Assembly (NCBI GenBank): GCA_964035545.1
Contig: OZ037767.1
Coordinates: forward strand, 31,698,628-31,762,627
DNA: 64,000 bases
Reading direction: 5' to 3'
Source: Bugula neritina
Lineage: Eukaryota; Animalia; Bryozoa
Shown: positions 31,201-43,212 of the stretch, in pieces
How the letters are laid out: every line of letters starts with the position of its first letter
Position numbering within the stretch: position 1 is the first letter of the stretch
The notes under the pieces: generated by a model
What the model saw: only the letters and a program-made list of their open reading frames with translations
What the model was told of the DNA's origin: nothing
The model's database searches: none
Translations under genes and position numbers: made by a program

Positions 31201-32460
31201 GAGATGAGGGGGTGAGGGGGTGAGGAGATGAAGGGGTGAGGGGGTGACGGGTGAGGAGGTGATGAGGGGGTGAGGAGGTGATGAGGAGATGAGGGGGTGA
31301 GGGGGTGAGGTGATGAGGAGATGAGGGGGTGAGGAGGTGAGGAGATGAGGGGGTGAGAGGATGAAGGGGTGAGGAGATGAGGGGGTGAGGTGATGAGGGG
31401 GTGAGGGGGTAGATAGAAAGAGCTGACCTGTGTTGGTCGTCAACAGTTTCAGTGCCTGCTGGCAACGGCAGCATGGTTTTCCCGCTGACCTGTCCTGACA
31501 CAACGTAGACATTACTCTTCATGGTGTGTACGTGTCTGGACACGTCCTGTGAGATGACAGAGGGCCACTGGTGGTGGTTTCTGGGGTTGGTGAGGAGAGG
31601 CACGAGTACCTGTAGGAGATTATATAATAATATTATATCATGACTAAATAATATTATATCATACCTAATTGATATAATATTATAACATAATATTATGACT
31701 AAATGATATTTTAATACTATAGCTAAATAATATATTATAGCTATATATAAATAATATTACAACTAAATGATATGACATTATAGCAAAACAATACAATTAA
31801 TATGTAATAATTACAAATAATATAATACTATGCACATGATAACATAGCAATGTTTTGTTATGTAATATGAAAATATTGTTATCATAGCTAAAAACTATAA
31901 TATTATAACATAGATTTAAGTAATATAATATTGTAACAAAACATTATATCATAACATATTATTCTAATATTATAGCTGAAGAATACAATAATATAATCTG
32001 ATATTATAACTGAATAATATGGTATTATAACATGATAACATAATTGAATAATATAATATAATAGTAGTTTATTATAATAATATTCTATACTGAAACTCAC
32101 CCCTTCAACAAAAGAAGACAGCTGGTCAAGGGGGGAAGGGGATAAATCTCCGTAGTACAGTACTTCCTTCATATCAACTTCTTTTCCTATCAAATCCTTT
32201 CCTTTTCTCCTGAAGTAACACGCTTTAGACTTCAGGCTCTCTGGCCAACCATATGACACTGCAAGGGCACCTGCGCCAACTTGCAGTGTCATCACCATGT
32301 TGTCTGCTTTCTCGAAGAAGTCCATTATTACCAACTTGTTTTCCTCCACGCTGTACATCTTAGTAAATTTGTCACCTCGGATCTTGAGTGAGCGCAGTAC
32401 ATAGCCTGCTATAAACTCCACTCTCGCATCCTCCAAGTCTAAATCAGCAGCCATTTCCAT
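1257..32460 (-). CDS. DNAH9/DNAH17: Axonemal dynein heavy chain, outer-arm beta type (dynein beta chain, ciliary; DNAH9/DNAH11/DNAH17 family); 53 exons in window, 3' end beyond window start
   Basis: Exons in transcript order: 32101-32460, 31428-31609, 28938-29139, 28481-28636, 28153-28293, 27104-27340, 26874-26996, 26441-26602, 25811-25993, 25479-25630, 25224-25350, 24105-24360, 22234-22481, 21963-22151, 21513-21723, 21098-21288, 20677-20846, 19816-20485, 19474-19707, 18800-19063, 17884-18015, 17361-17579, 16588-16869, 16235-16474, 15541-15858, 15235-15448, 14772-15052, 13710-13931, 13256-13403, 12908-13071, 12659-12807, 12404-12575, 12032-12316, 11574-11879, 11178-11423, 10750-10911, 10356-10578, 9673-9870, 9394-9569, 8239-8818, 7977-8131, 7497-7610, 6832-6975, 6214-6383, 5832-6047, 5016-5220, 4547-4717, 4108-4362, 3740-3962, 3023-3243, 2285-2455, 1791-2148, 1257-1630. 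All GT-AG and phase-consistent. Motifs: AAA1 [14 protein letters not shown] and [10 protein letters not shown]; AAA2 GNAGTGKS and [13 protein letters not shown]; AAA3 GNAGTGKS and FIDDMNMPE; AAA4 GVGGSGKQSL; stalk ELKSFGSPP; AAA5 [12 protein letters not shown]; AAA6 ISLGQGQE and WVVLQNVHL. Beta-type assignment rests on recalled similarity ([36 protein letters not shown]); the exact vertebrate co-ortholog cannot be resolved. Confidence 0.97.
2468..3005. repeat. Intronic minisatellite, 21-bp unit ctgtattattatactgttata
   Basis: Tandem array. Confidence 0.95.
3294..3748. repeat. Intronic minisatellite, 26-bp unit copying the donor junction
   Basis: Sense unit CAGCTGTAG|gtgggatattata mirrors the real donor CAGCTGCAG|gtgagacattata. 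Confidence 0.95.
4388..4537. repeat. Intronic 12-bp repeat aaacaggtgagt
   Basis: Tandem array; the same unit recurs at 11895-12010. Confidence 0.9.
4747..4965. repeat. Intronic pyrimidine-rich repeat (ctctcacctg / ctctcccctt)
   Basis: Tandem 10-11-bp subunits. Confidence 0.9.
5236..5820. repeat. Intronic minisatellite, 23-bp unit tactgtatagttaacatataata
   Basis: Tandem array. Confidence 0.96.
6430..6770. repeat. Intronic minisatellite, ~16-bp unit tatactgtgtatatac
   Basis: Tandem array. Confidence 0.9.
7010..7492. repeat. Intronic minisatellite, 32-bp unit atagcagatgaataaatacagcagacgtgtgt
   Basis: Tandem array. Confidence 0.95.
7645..7870. repeat. Intronic minisatellite, 15-bp unit gtagtttactataca
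   Basis: Tandem array. Confidence 0.9.
8845..9385. repeat. Intronic minisatellite, ~20-bp unit aa(t/c)atggtggac(ag)n
   Basis: Tandem array with variable AG number. Confidence 0.95.
9885..10370. repeat. Intronic minisatellite, 26-bp unit acctgttgctaggtgacagtacacca (donor-junction copy, X-box-like)
   Basis: About 18 units fill intron 9871-10355; the last unit overlaps the exon end. Confidence 0.95.
11000..11192. repeat. Intronic repeat copying exon end and donor (AGTATTCTCTCCCAG|gt)
   Basis: About 8 units of 21-23 bp. Confidence 0.92.
11895..12010. repeat. Intronic 12-bp repeat (aa/ca)acaggtgagt
   Basis: Tandem array. Confidence 0.9.
13465..13705. repeat. Intronic minisatellite, ~22-bp unit acacacagactacatgctata
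   Basis: Tandem array. Confidence 0.88.
14185..14770. repeat. Intronic minisatellite, 24-bp unit tagaaagatgagtagagagatatg
   Basis: Tandem array adjoining the donor. Confidence 0.96.
16075..16225. repeat. Intronic 10-bp repeat caca(c/a)tgtaa
   Basis: Tandem array. Confidence 0.92.
16950..17368. repeat. Intronic minisatellite, 20-bp unit copying the donor (TGTAGTG|gtatgtgt)
   Basis: About 20 units; the terminal unit is the real junction CCTGTAGTG|gtacgtgtg. Confidence 0.95.
17660..17880. repeat. Intronic 11-bp repeat gt(g/a)aactaaca
   Basis: Tandem array adjoining the donor. Confidence 0.95.
18025..18790. repeat. Intronic minisatellite, 21-bp unit tactattactacagagtgtta
   Basis: Fills essentially the whole intron. 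Confidence 0.97.
19042..19505. repeat. Two abutting junction-derived arrays: 34-bp acceptor+exon-start unit and 66-bp exon-end+donor unit
   Basis: Six intronic copies of the VHGIVDK-coding exon start, and about three copies of the NLHEYEDE|gtaat exon end. Confidence 0.95.
20862..21058. repeat. Intronic minisatellite, 23-bp unit ccatgttggatatactacagcag
   Basis: Tandem array. Confidence 0.95.
21282..21485. repeat. Intronic minisatellite, ~32-bp unit copying the acceptor (caca(c/t)ag|GTATCAT)
   Basis: About 6 units. Confidence 0.92.
22185..22198 (+). promoter_or_regulatory. RFX X-box-like motif GTATCCATGGCAAC in a dynein intron
   Basis: Matches the 14-bp X-box consensus and lies in a ciliary gene; function untested. 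Confidence 0.35.
22505..24097. repeat. Intronic minisatellite, 40-bp unit gtagagagagattatagtatatactatcatcagacacaca
   Basis: About 40 highly homogeneous copies filling a 1.6-kb intron. Confidence 0.98.
24382..25192. repeat. Intronic minisatellite, 26-bp unit aactgtatataatattatatagtctc
   Basis: Tandem array. Confidence 0.96.
25640..25785. repeat. Intronic 13-bp repeat acagttacagtac
   Basis: Tandem array. Confidence 0.9.
26204..26445. repeat. Intronic 16-bp repeat copying the donor (CAGG|gtaggcaactcc)
   Basis: About 15 units starting at the real donor. Confidence 0.96.
27368..28135. repeat. Intronic minisatellite, 35-bp unit cagtagatatacaatacttagtatgatagtataaa
   Basis: About 21 nearly identical copies. 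Confidence 0.98.
28355..28476. repeat. Intronic 21-bp repeat gttgctatggtaaactaactg (X-box-like)
   Basis: Six units at 21-bp spacing. Confidence 0.88.
31114..31412. repeat. G-rich low-complexity repeat (ggggtgagga / gatga)
   Basis: Strong strand asymmetry, next to the donor of dynein exon 2. Confidence 0.92.
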
Positions 32461-33287
32461 GTCTGACTGCTTGTGTAAAAGTTATATATTTCTTCAGCAA
32501 CTGTGCATTGTTTTACTCTGTAATGCTGCGCCTGCATGTAAATTATAGCTGTTTAGAAGTGAAGTCAAATGTTTTAGGCAACTATAGTTGCGGCTCTAAA
32601 ACAAAATATGTCTATTTTTAGGCTACAATAAAAAGGTGCTATTGTAATAAAGAAACAATAGTGTAATTGTAATAATAACTTTACTTAAGCCCGGCCCGTG
32701 TGTTGTATACAGAGGGAACATAATTACCTAAATGGAAGCCTTAAACTAATCATCACAATTGATACGAAATTATTGGAAGAAACAAAGTTGCATATTTTAT
32801 GTTTTATGCTTTATTTTGGTAAGAAAGCTAAAACAATCAAAATGGGCAGTATTCAAAGAAATATATAATCAAAGCTTATAACATAAATTAAATTAAAAAT
32901 TTAAATATAAAAGCACTATAAAACCTATAGACATAAAGACAGCCAACAGATGTAAAAGTATATTGAAAAAAGTATAAGACAATGCTATTCTCTCAGATGT
33001 TATTCATTCATTGTGTATCTGATATATACAAGACAGCAGCAATATCAATGCTCAAATTAACTTAATCTACATTGAATAACAGAAATGTTATGTTTTTGAG
33101 AAATAGCAAAAATAAAATATATCATAATATTATTATTTTTCGATACGTTAAAATGATTGTGAATGCTAATATTATACCACATGTTAATATCACATGTAAT
33201 ACCATATTACATGTTGATATCATATCACATGCTATAATATCATATCACATGTTAATATCGTCTCGCATGCCAATATTCTATCACATG

Positions 33288-34591
33288 CTAATATCGTGGG
33301 GTAGAGACTTTCATAATGTAGTTCATAGAGCCTCTATTCTTCATTGCATTCATCTCAGCTTCTGGTTTTATCCTTGGGCCGGGCCGATAGGTGACAGGAA
33401 GTGATGCGGGGCTGTGCAGCACCTTGCTCATTGCACTTCCTGTAAGACATATAGCCTTGTCACTAGACGGCTACTAGCATTATATATACGGTATATAGTA
33501 TATAGTTTAGCGTAGACTGTAGTATATAGTATGGTATAGTATATACTATATAGTATATAGTACAGCAAATAGTACAGTATATATAGTATATATACTGTAG
33601 ATAGTATAGAGTACAGTATATATAGTACTGTATATGCAGTACATATAGTATATATAACATATATAATATATAGACACACTTTACCTGTGCTCATTGTATA
33701 GTTAGACTCAGCTTCCGGTTTAACTCTTAGTTGAGGTCGAGGCGTCACCTCATTCTTCCCATAATTGGTAAGAAGTAGATTCATTCGTCCCCCTTTACTC
33801 TGCTCAGCATTGGCTGTAGCCTCTGGTTTTGTTGCTTTACATCGGACTGGCTCTCTTGGCGTCCCTCCAGTGGCACCTGTTTTACCACATGATACTCTGT
33901 TTACTTTACTTGTATGTATATATAGTACACATAGTACACATAGTATATATTATAGTATATATAGGTTATATATACTATAATATATATACTATAATATATA
34001 CTATATAGCATACATACTACATTATATATATGGTATGTATGTGAAGCTACCTTTAGACTGAAGTATATTTGCCAAAGTTCCTCTGTTTCTAATAATGTTT
34101 TCTCTCCCTTCCAAAGAGCAGTACCTGCCAGTAGAAACCTGCATTCTTGGGCTTTCAAATCGCTTGCCTTCCCAACTTAAGTCTAGACTCCCTCTATTCC
34201 TAAGAATTAGATGCACATGAGTTATTCTAACTTAATACTTCTATTTATTGTGTAGAACAATATACATGCATGTGGCTACGTATTACATATGTGTAATACA
34301 CAGTGTATTAGACACAGTGTTATATTATATACAGTGCATCATATATGTGTAATACCCTGTGTTTTATTATATATGTCTATTATGTCTATAATGTATATAT
34401 TAACATATTATGTCTAATACACTGTGTACTAGACGCAGTGACTAAAGTAAATACCTGTCAGCATTGTCTTGAGCTTCTGGTTTGATTCTTGGTCCAGGCC
34501 GTGGAGTTGGAATATAGTTTCTAGTATCAGAATCATAGGCTGGGTGGCCAGCAAATGGGGCCTTGCCAAGGGAGTTCTGAGTTACAACCAT
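33288..34591 (-). CDS. Uncharacterized ~209-aa basic protein with five PR(I/V)KPEA..N..RG(S/T)-type repeats; 4 coding exons
   Basis: Exons 34455-34591 (MVVTQNSLGKAPFAGHPAYDSDTRNYIPTPRPGPRIKPEAQDNAD), 34051-34199 (RNRGSLDLSW...RNRGTLANILQSK), 33685-33876 (GATGGTPREPVRCKATKPEATANAEQSKGGRMNLLL...TPRPQLRVKPEAESNYTMST), 33288-33439 (GSAMSKV...TYRPGPRIKPEAEMNAMKNRGSMNYIMKVSTPRY*). GT-AG introns, phases 2/1/1, 630 nt total. A probable non-coding first exon ends at the donor CAGG|gtaagt near 35270. Confidence 0.8.
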
Positions 34592-35269
34592 TCTTACCTA
34601 ATGCAAGGAACAAACAAAGTTTCAGTTGTATGGACACCAGATGCCTTCACTTTATCAAAACAAATTTGTAAAGTTTAATAATTACAGCAATATTTAGATT
34701 AACAAAAACTCAAACATTGACATGAGCAGTAAATGGAAATCTAATTTACATTTTTTTTGTTATTGATTTGTTTATTCAACTATAAACATTTTTAAACTAA
34801 TAATCTCTAGAGCTGCGTGAAACACTTAGATTAAAACACCTTAAAATATAGATAGAAAATAAGTTTAAACATGTGATCGAATGCTTAAATGGTAGATCAA
34901 AATTTACTTGATAAACTTTTGAATAAGCAATAATATAAAAATTTACACAAATTAAAAAATATAAATTAATAGATAGCTACCAACATTTTTATTTTTCTGG
35001 ACAATTGACAGTTTGAAATATTAACTATTTTGTGTAAACATTTTTTGATGACAAAGTTTGTTAAAAAATGGCTTTAAAAACTTTAAGGTTGATTTAAATT
35101 TACTTGCATCAACTAAAGCCATTATGATTACTTCACTTAGCAGTTAGCTCGGCGTTTTGTTTGTGTGAACAAACTTCAAGACTTGATTGGGCGTAGTTAA
35201 CAAATGAATTAGGTAATTAACTTGAGTTATTTTGAATGACTTTTAAATATAGTTTATATTTGCACTTAC

Positions 35270-36776
35270 CCTGACAGTGACACTTTTCTCTGTGATTGCT
35301 TCCTTATAAGTTATACGCCGTGGCTGCTCTAGTCACATTCACTGTTCACAATCAATCTTCTATTACACTTACAGTTGTTGCATTTGACGTCGTATAAAGT
35401 TTACAAGTTTCAAAAATGAAATAAAAGTGAAAAAATATTCTGTTTAGTTGCTATTTTAGCATTCTACTCATGTTTATTCAAAGAACAAAAATGAACTCCT
35501 ACGTTGGTGACAACAAAAGTACGTACAAAATATCAATATTAAATATTTATATATTATTTACAACTACTCTAGTTTATTGTGTTTCTGCGCAACAGGCTTT
35601 TTCCGTGCGACTCGCCAGAATAGTGTTAATTTGTCCAAATTGCTTGTTGCCGTCTGATACACATAGACTTATTACCCGACACTTCCGAATAAATGCGCGC
35701 ACCTGCTGACATTCTTGGCGAGCCTTTCACCGTTGTTTTTGCTTTTAATTCCATTTAATTGACAACATTCCTAAGCTAAGCTCGAAGTCCTACCCAAACT
35801 TGCATACATAAAGATAGTAAAACTAATAATGTAATACAAATAGTTTTGTTTTTATAATTAAAATTGTAATAATTTTAATTCTAGTAGTTATAGTAATACC
35901 TGCGGCTACTGCCTGCTTCCAGTTCTACTCCTAATCAGTGGACCAGAATGTAGTTCACTACTACTACTAGTACTTCAACTAGTACTACTTTAAGTTTAAT
36001 TTAAACTTGTAGTTGTAGTTAAACTTAATAATTATTATTATGATTATCATAATTTTACGCTTATTCTTAGTCTTATTCTCTTAGCCTTCCAGTTATGAGT
36101 TAAACTTAGTGTTATACCTATATTTATATCTATACTTTTAATTATACTATATTGAATTATTTAGTATAAATAGTCACTATGACTATAATAGTGTAATATT
36201 CATACTTACTCTTACTCTTAGTCTTATGATTATACATATAGTTATATTATATATAAGTTGTAGTACAAATATTACTATTAGTACTACTAAGCATACGTAT
36301 CGTTATACTTATAGGTAATCTTATAATAATAATCTTATTTTATATTTACATTACAGTTATATCTTATATGATAATAAGTAGGTTTGGCCTTGAGTGACTT
36401 TCTGACATTTAACTTTTGCTTCAAGATTGATAATAATATTGATAATAAATGTAATATTTGATGAATTACCAATTAATTTTAATGATTTACTGAAATTAAA
36501 TAATCATTTATCAAAGGCAGATGAATTTGAGTTTAATCAATTTAAAATTTAAAGACTGATTGATGATTGTCTTTGCAATTATCCTACAATATTAGATGAC
36601 TATCTCAAAATTGTAACTAAAGACTCACTCAGTACTAGTTAATGGGTATATTGCTTGGAGTATCAGTATTGCTGTTGGGTAAATAAATGCCGTTAGTTCG
36701 ACCATATTGTCATTTTAATTCACACTCACTTTATATATAGTTTACAGTCAGACCTTCCACTCTTTGATGTGAGAAC
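35270..36776. promoter_or_regulatory. Probable divergent promoter / 5'UTR region shared by the repeat-protein gene and MAP3K4
   Basis: The genes diverge here. Minus-strand donor near 35270, a small CpG-containing patch at ~35580-35730, and plus-strand acceptor-like sequence just upstream of the MAP3K4 ATG. Confidence 0.4.
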
Positions 36777-39700
36777 ATGCAAAATGAGGCAGATCTATCA
36801 GCCGCCACTGTAACGTTTCATCTGCCGGAAGATAATGTGGATGATGAAGAAAGGTATCTACATTGTATCTACACTGTATCTACGCTGTATCTACGCTGTA
36901 CCTACACTGTATTTACACTGTCATATATCTACACTGTATCTACACTGTATTTACACTGTCATGTATCTACACTATCTTGCAGTACGTACCTGAACCACGC
37001 CACCGAGACTCTCCTAACACAAGCATGCAGCAGCACCGACGAAGACTACTCATTCGACAGACTCAACTCCAGTGACTTCTTTGACGCCCCAGAGGCTGTA
37101 TTTAGTGAGCCACAAATCCGTGGGAAGTATGTAATGTGTGTGCTATAACTAGTAGTAATGTGTGTTGTAACTAGTAGTAATATGTGTTATAACTAGTAGT
37201 AATATGTGCTATAACTAGTAGTAATATGTGCTATAGCTAGTAGTAATATGTGCTGTAACTAGTAGTAATATGTGCTGTAACTAGTAGTAATATGTGCTAT
37301 AGCTAGTAGTAATATGTTCTGTAACTAGTAGTAATATGTGCTATAGCTAGTAGTAATATGTGCTATAGCTAGTAGTAGTATGTGTTCTACTTCCAGGCGC
37401 ATATCTCAGGGGAAACAGAGAGTCTACCACAAGTCCAAGTCAGAAGAAAAGGATATAAAAAGGAGACACAGCGTTTCTAGAGACTTGAAACAGCAGACGA
37501 TCAGAGAGATGCAGGAAGAAGAAGGAATCAAGTGAGACAACTCCATAGTACCTTAAATCAGTGTGATAAATGTATAGTTAGATATAGTATAGCTGTGTAT
37601 AGTTAGATATAGTATAGTTGTGTATAGTTAGATATAGTATAGTTGTGTATAGTTAGATATAGTATAGTTGTGTATAGTTATATATAGTATAGTTGTGTAT
37701 AGTTAGATATAGTATAGTTGTGTATAGTTAGATATAGTGTAGTTGTGTATAGTTAGATATAGTATAGTTGTGTATAGTATAGATGTATAGTTGTGTATAG
37801 TTAGATATAGTATAGTTGTGTAGAGTTAGATATAGTATAGTTGTGTATAGTTAGATATAGTATAGTTGTGTAGAGTATAGATATAGTATAGTTGTGTATA
37901 GTTAGATATAGTATAGTTGTGTATAGTTAGATATAGTATAGTTGTGTATAGTTAGATATATAGTTGTGTAGAGTATAGATATATAGTTGTGTAGAGTATA
38001 GATATATAGTTAGGTAGAGTATAGATGTATAGTTGTGTAGAGTATAGATATATAGTTGTGTAGAGTATAGATATATAGTTAGATAGAGTATAGATATACA
38101 GTTGTGTATAGTATAGATATATAGTTGTGTAGAGTATAGATGTATAGTTGTGTAGAGTATAGATATATAGTTGTGTAGAGTATAGATATATAGTTGTGTA
38201 GAGTATAGATATATTGTTGTGTAGAGTATAGATATATAGTTGTGTATAGTTGGATATAGTATAGTTGTGTATAGTTAGATATAGTATAGTTGTGTAGAGT
38301 ATAGATATATAGTTGTGTAGAGTATAGATATATAGTTGTATAGAGTATAGATATATAGTTAGATATAGTATAAATGCAGATTATATACTCATTGCCCATA
38401 TTGTTATGTAACATACACTATCTTGTACACAGGAAGAAGCCTAGTAGAACTGAAACTAAACTCAGACATAAATCTCGGTCTATGGAGAGAGATGACAAGA
38501 AGAAGGTTCATGTGACGGTTACACAGCCATACGCAGTGAAGAGGTGCCTAATATAACGTTATAACTATAGCATGTGCTCACTATAACATGTAGTAGATGT
38601 GGTGCTCACTATAACGTGTGGTAGATGTGGTGCTCACTATAACATAATGTAGATTTGGTAGACATAAAGTTATACTGTGTTATACGCAGCCTAGATACTC
38701 CTGTTGTTGTTAAACAGGCAGGATGGCATAGCGTTTGATCCGAGTGTACCGAATAACAAAGAGGAGGCAGCCGAATATGGGATACCTCAGTGTCACGCGG
38801 GAGGGGATGCTAGAGACAGCGATGCTGAGAGGAAAATGTTTTACAAGCAAATAGTACTGGCTATGCAATTAGGTGGGTTGTATGCAGATATTAAGGTGGG
38901 TTATATACAGTTAGTAAGCTGGGTTATATACAGTTAGTAAGGTGGTTTATATACAGTTAGTAAGGTGGGTTATATACAGTTAGTAAGGTGAGTTATATAC
39001 AGTTAATAATATATATGTAGGTAAGAAGGTGTGCAGAGATAGAGAGGAGAGGGGGAGAACATGTCACGAGAAGCTGTTCCCTCTACAGAGACAGTACAGT
39101 GGTATTATTTATACTGGAAGAGACAGGCGGACCTACACAGAAGATTTGTATGTGGCTCTGCAGGCGCATCGCAAACTCCAGTACGTCTTACATCTCTGTC
39201 TAGTTGTAACCCATGTGTATTAAATCTCTTTCTAGTTGTAACCCATGTGTATTACATCTCTGTCTAGTTGTAACCCATGTGTATTACATCTCTTTCTAGT
39301 TGTGATTATTATGGTATTACCTGCTGAGTATATAATATATTACCTGCTGAGTATAAAATATATTACCTGCTGAGTATATAATATATTACCTGCTGAGTAT
39401 ATAATATATTACCTGCTGAGTATAAAATAATTTATTGTAGGTCTGTTGAGGATTACTCCCTCTGGATAAATACGTGTCGAGAGAAAATTCCGGATCGCAT
39501 TGCCTCCATTAACAACTTTCAATTCGTACAGGAGAGTCCTTATTCATATGACGTCTGGTATGTTATATATTATACTCACATACTGTATATACCTATACAC
39601 CGTATATACTTATACACTGTATATACTTACACACTGTATATACTTATACACTGTTATACTTATACACTGTATATACTCATACACTGTATATACTTATACA

Positions 39701-42700
39701 CTGTATATACTTATACACTGTATATACTTATACACTGTTATACTTATACACTGTATATACTCATACACTGTATATACTTATACACTGTATATACTTACAC
39801 ACTGTATATACTTACACACTGTATATACTTATACACTGTATATACTTATACACTGTATATACTCATACAGTGTATATACTTATACACTGTATATACTTAT
39901 ACACTGTATATACTTATACACTGTTATACTCATACACTGTATATACTTATACACTGTATATACTTATACACTGTTATACTTATACACTGTATATACTCAT
40001 ACACTGTATATACTTATACACTGTATATACTTATACACTGTATATACTTATACACTGTTATACTTATACACTGTATATACTCATACACTGTATATACTTA
40101 TACACTGTATATACTTATACACTGTATATACTTATACACTGTTATACTTATACACTGTATATACTCATACACTGTATATACTTATACACTGTATATACTT
40201 ATACACTGTATATACTTACACACTGTTATACTTATACACTGTATATACTTACACACTGTATATACTTATACACTGTATATACTTATACACTGTATATACT
40301 TATACACTGTATATACTTATACACTGTATATACTTACACACTGTATATACTTATACACTGTATATACTTACACACTGTATATACTTATACACTGTATATA
40401 CTTATACACTGTATATACTCATACAGTGTATATACTTATACACTGTATATACTTATACACTGTATATACTTATACACTGTTATACTCATACACTGTATAT
40501 ACTTATACACTGTATATACTTATACACTGTTATACTTATACACTGTATATACTCATACACTGTATATACTTATACACTGTATATACTTATACACTGTATA
40601 TACTTATACACTGTTATACTTATACACTGTACATACTTATACACTGTATATACTTACACACTGTATATACTTATACACTGTACATACTTATACACTGTAT
40701 ATACTTATACACTGTATATACTTATACACTGTATATACTCATACACTGTATATACTTATACACTGTATATACTTATACACTGTATATACTTATACACTGT
40801 ACATACTTATACACTGTATATACTTACACACTGTATATACTTATACACTGTATATACTTACACACTGTTATACTTATACACTGTATATACTTACACACTG
40901 TTATACTTATACACTGTATATACTTACACACTGTATATACTTATACACTGTATATACTTATACACTGTATATACTTATACAGTGAGTTGCTAAGTAACCC
41001 CTTCTCCATATCTGATGAGTATCTGAACAACGTTGAGGCAGCCATTGAGCAAGTTGAGAGAGTTCTCGAGTCTATTGACATGATCCTGTCCTTGTACCCT
41101 AACAGCAAATCGCTAAGGAAAGATCTTGACGTGTCAAACTCAAGTTGTGTTGACTACCAGGTAAGGGATGTATATATACTATACCTGATATATATACTCT
41201 ACCTGATGTATACTCTACCTGATGTATACTCTACCTGATATATATACTCTACCTGATATATACTCTACCTGATGTATACTCTACCTGATATATACTCTAC
41301 CTGATGTATACTCTACCTGATATATACTCTACCTGATGTATACTCTACCTGATGTATACTCTACCTGATGTATACTCTACCTGATACATACTCTACCTGA
41401 TATATATACTCTACCTGATATATACTCTACCTGATATATACTCTACCTGATGTATACTCTACCTGATATATACTCTACCTGATGTATACTCTACCTGATG
41501 TATACTCTACCTGATGTATACTCTACCTGATATATACTCTACCTGATATATACTCTACCTGATATATACTCTACCTGATGTATACTCTACCTGATATATA
41601 CTCTACCTGATGTATACTCTGCCTGATATATACTCTACCTGATGTATACTCTACCTGATATATACTCTACCTGATGTATACTCTACCTGATGTCTATATA
41701 ATGTATTCTGTAGAAAAGAATCAGTGCTCTCACCATGTGGCTGAATATTGCTGAAGGTTTAATCTCTGCTATTAAAAAAGTTGGAAAAAGAATTGGAGTG
41801 GCAAAAATGTTGAGTGTAAGTGAGACGTAAATATTATATCATGTTTTATATATACAATATCATGTAATTACGTTATTATATTATATAACATAAATAATAT
41901 GTCTGTATGTTACACACTATTCTATGTTGTATGTTACACACTATTCTATGTTGTATGTTACACACTATTCTATGTTGTATGTAACACACTATTCTATGTT
42001 GTATGTAACACACTATTCTATGTTGTATGTAACACACTATTCTATGTTGTATGTTACACACTATTCTATGTTGTATGTAACACACTATTCTATGCTGTAT
42101 GTAACACACTATTCTATGTTGTATGTTACACACTATTCTATGTTGTATGTTACACACTATTCTATGTTGTATGTTACACACTATTCTATGCTGTATGTAA
42201 CACACTATTCTATGTTGTATGTTACACACTATTCTATGTTGTATGTTACACACTATTCTATGTCTGTATACAGATTCAGTGGCCGTTTGTTGACCCCGTA
42301 GAGACTGCTGCCAACAGCTCCATACAGAGTGCTGCCACAATTTCTACTACCAACGGTTCTGTGCCCAACTCTCCCTCTGATGGAGAACTCGATGAAAGGT
42401 GCCTCAGTACTGCCGCTCATCTTGCTAAGAAGGTAGGGGCGTAGCACTGTACACCCGTACTCCTGTCCTGTCTCCACCAAACACTAACTGGTACCATGTT
42501 CTGCTACAGGTAACATTCGATCAGGGCACGCCTCTCTCCAGCAGTCCTGTATCTTCTCTCCAACCAGAGCCCTCCAGTGACTCTCTGACAGCAGGCAGCA
42601 AACACATGGTCACGTCCTCTTCCTTCCCTCTCATAGATGTCACCTCTTCACCCACTGCGTTCTATAGACCTGTTGTGGACAAACTGCTCAGGTACGTAGT

Positions 42701-42785
42701 CAGCTCAGTGGTAGTAGTAGTGGTGGTGGTGGTGGTAGCAGTAGTAGTAGTAGTAGTGGTAGTAGTGGTAGTAGTGGTAGTAGTG

Positions 42786-42876
<91 letters not shown>

Positions 42877-42962
42877 TAGTAGTAATAGTGGTAGTAGTAG
42901 TAGTGGTGGTAGTAGTAGTAGTAGTAGTGGTAGTAGTAGTAGTGGTAGTAGTGGTAGTAGTG

Positions 42963-42993
<31 letters not shown>

Positions 42994-43073
42994 TAGTAGT
43001 AATAGTGGTAGTAGTAGTGGTGGTGGTAGTAGTAGTGGTAGTAGTAGTAGTAGTGGTAGTAGTGGTAGTAGTG

Positions 43074-43110
<37 letters not shown>

Positions 43111-43169
43111 TAGTGGTAGTAGTAGTAGTAGTAGTAGTGGTAGTAGTAGTAATAGTGGTAGTAGTAGTA

Positions 43170-43212
<43 letters not shown>

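Noticed and set aside
1257-32460. Dynein as a pseudogene disrupted by repeats
   Set aside because: All 53 exons join in frame with canonical splice sites and intact P-loops.
38690-38717. Alternative MAP3K4 acceptor at 38690
   Set aside because: It leads to an in-frame stop; the acceptor at 38718 keeps the frame.
39500-41238. Long ORFs rich in Y/T/V/I/L/H/C (also 53-1240, 17996-18890, 45742-47112, 61026-61964)
   Set aside because: Translations of intronic or non-coding minisatellites that happen to lack stop codons. Most lie between well-defined splice sites of other genes.
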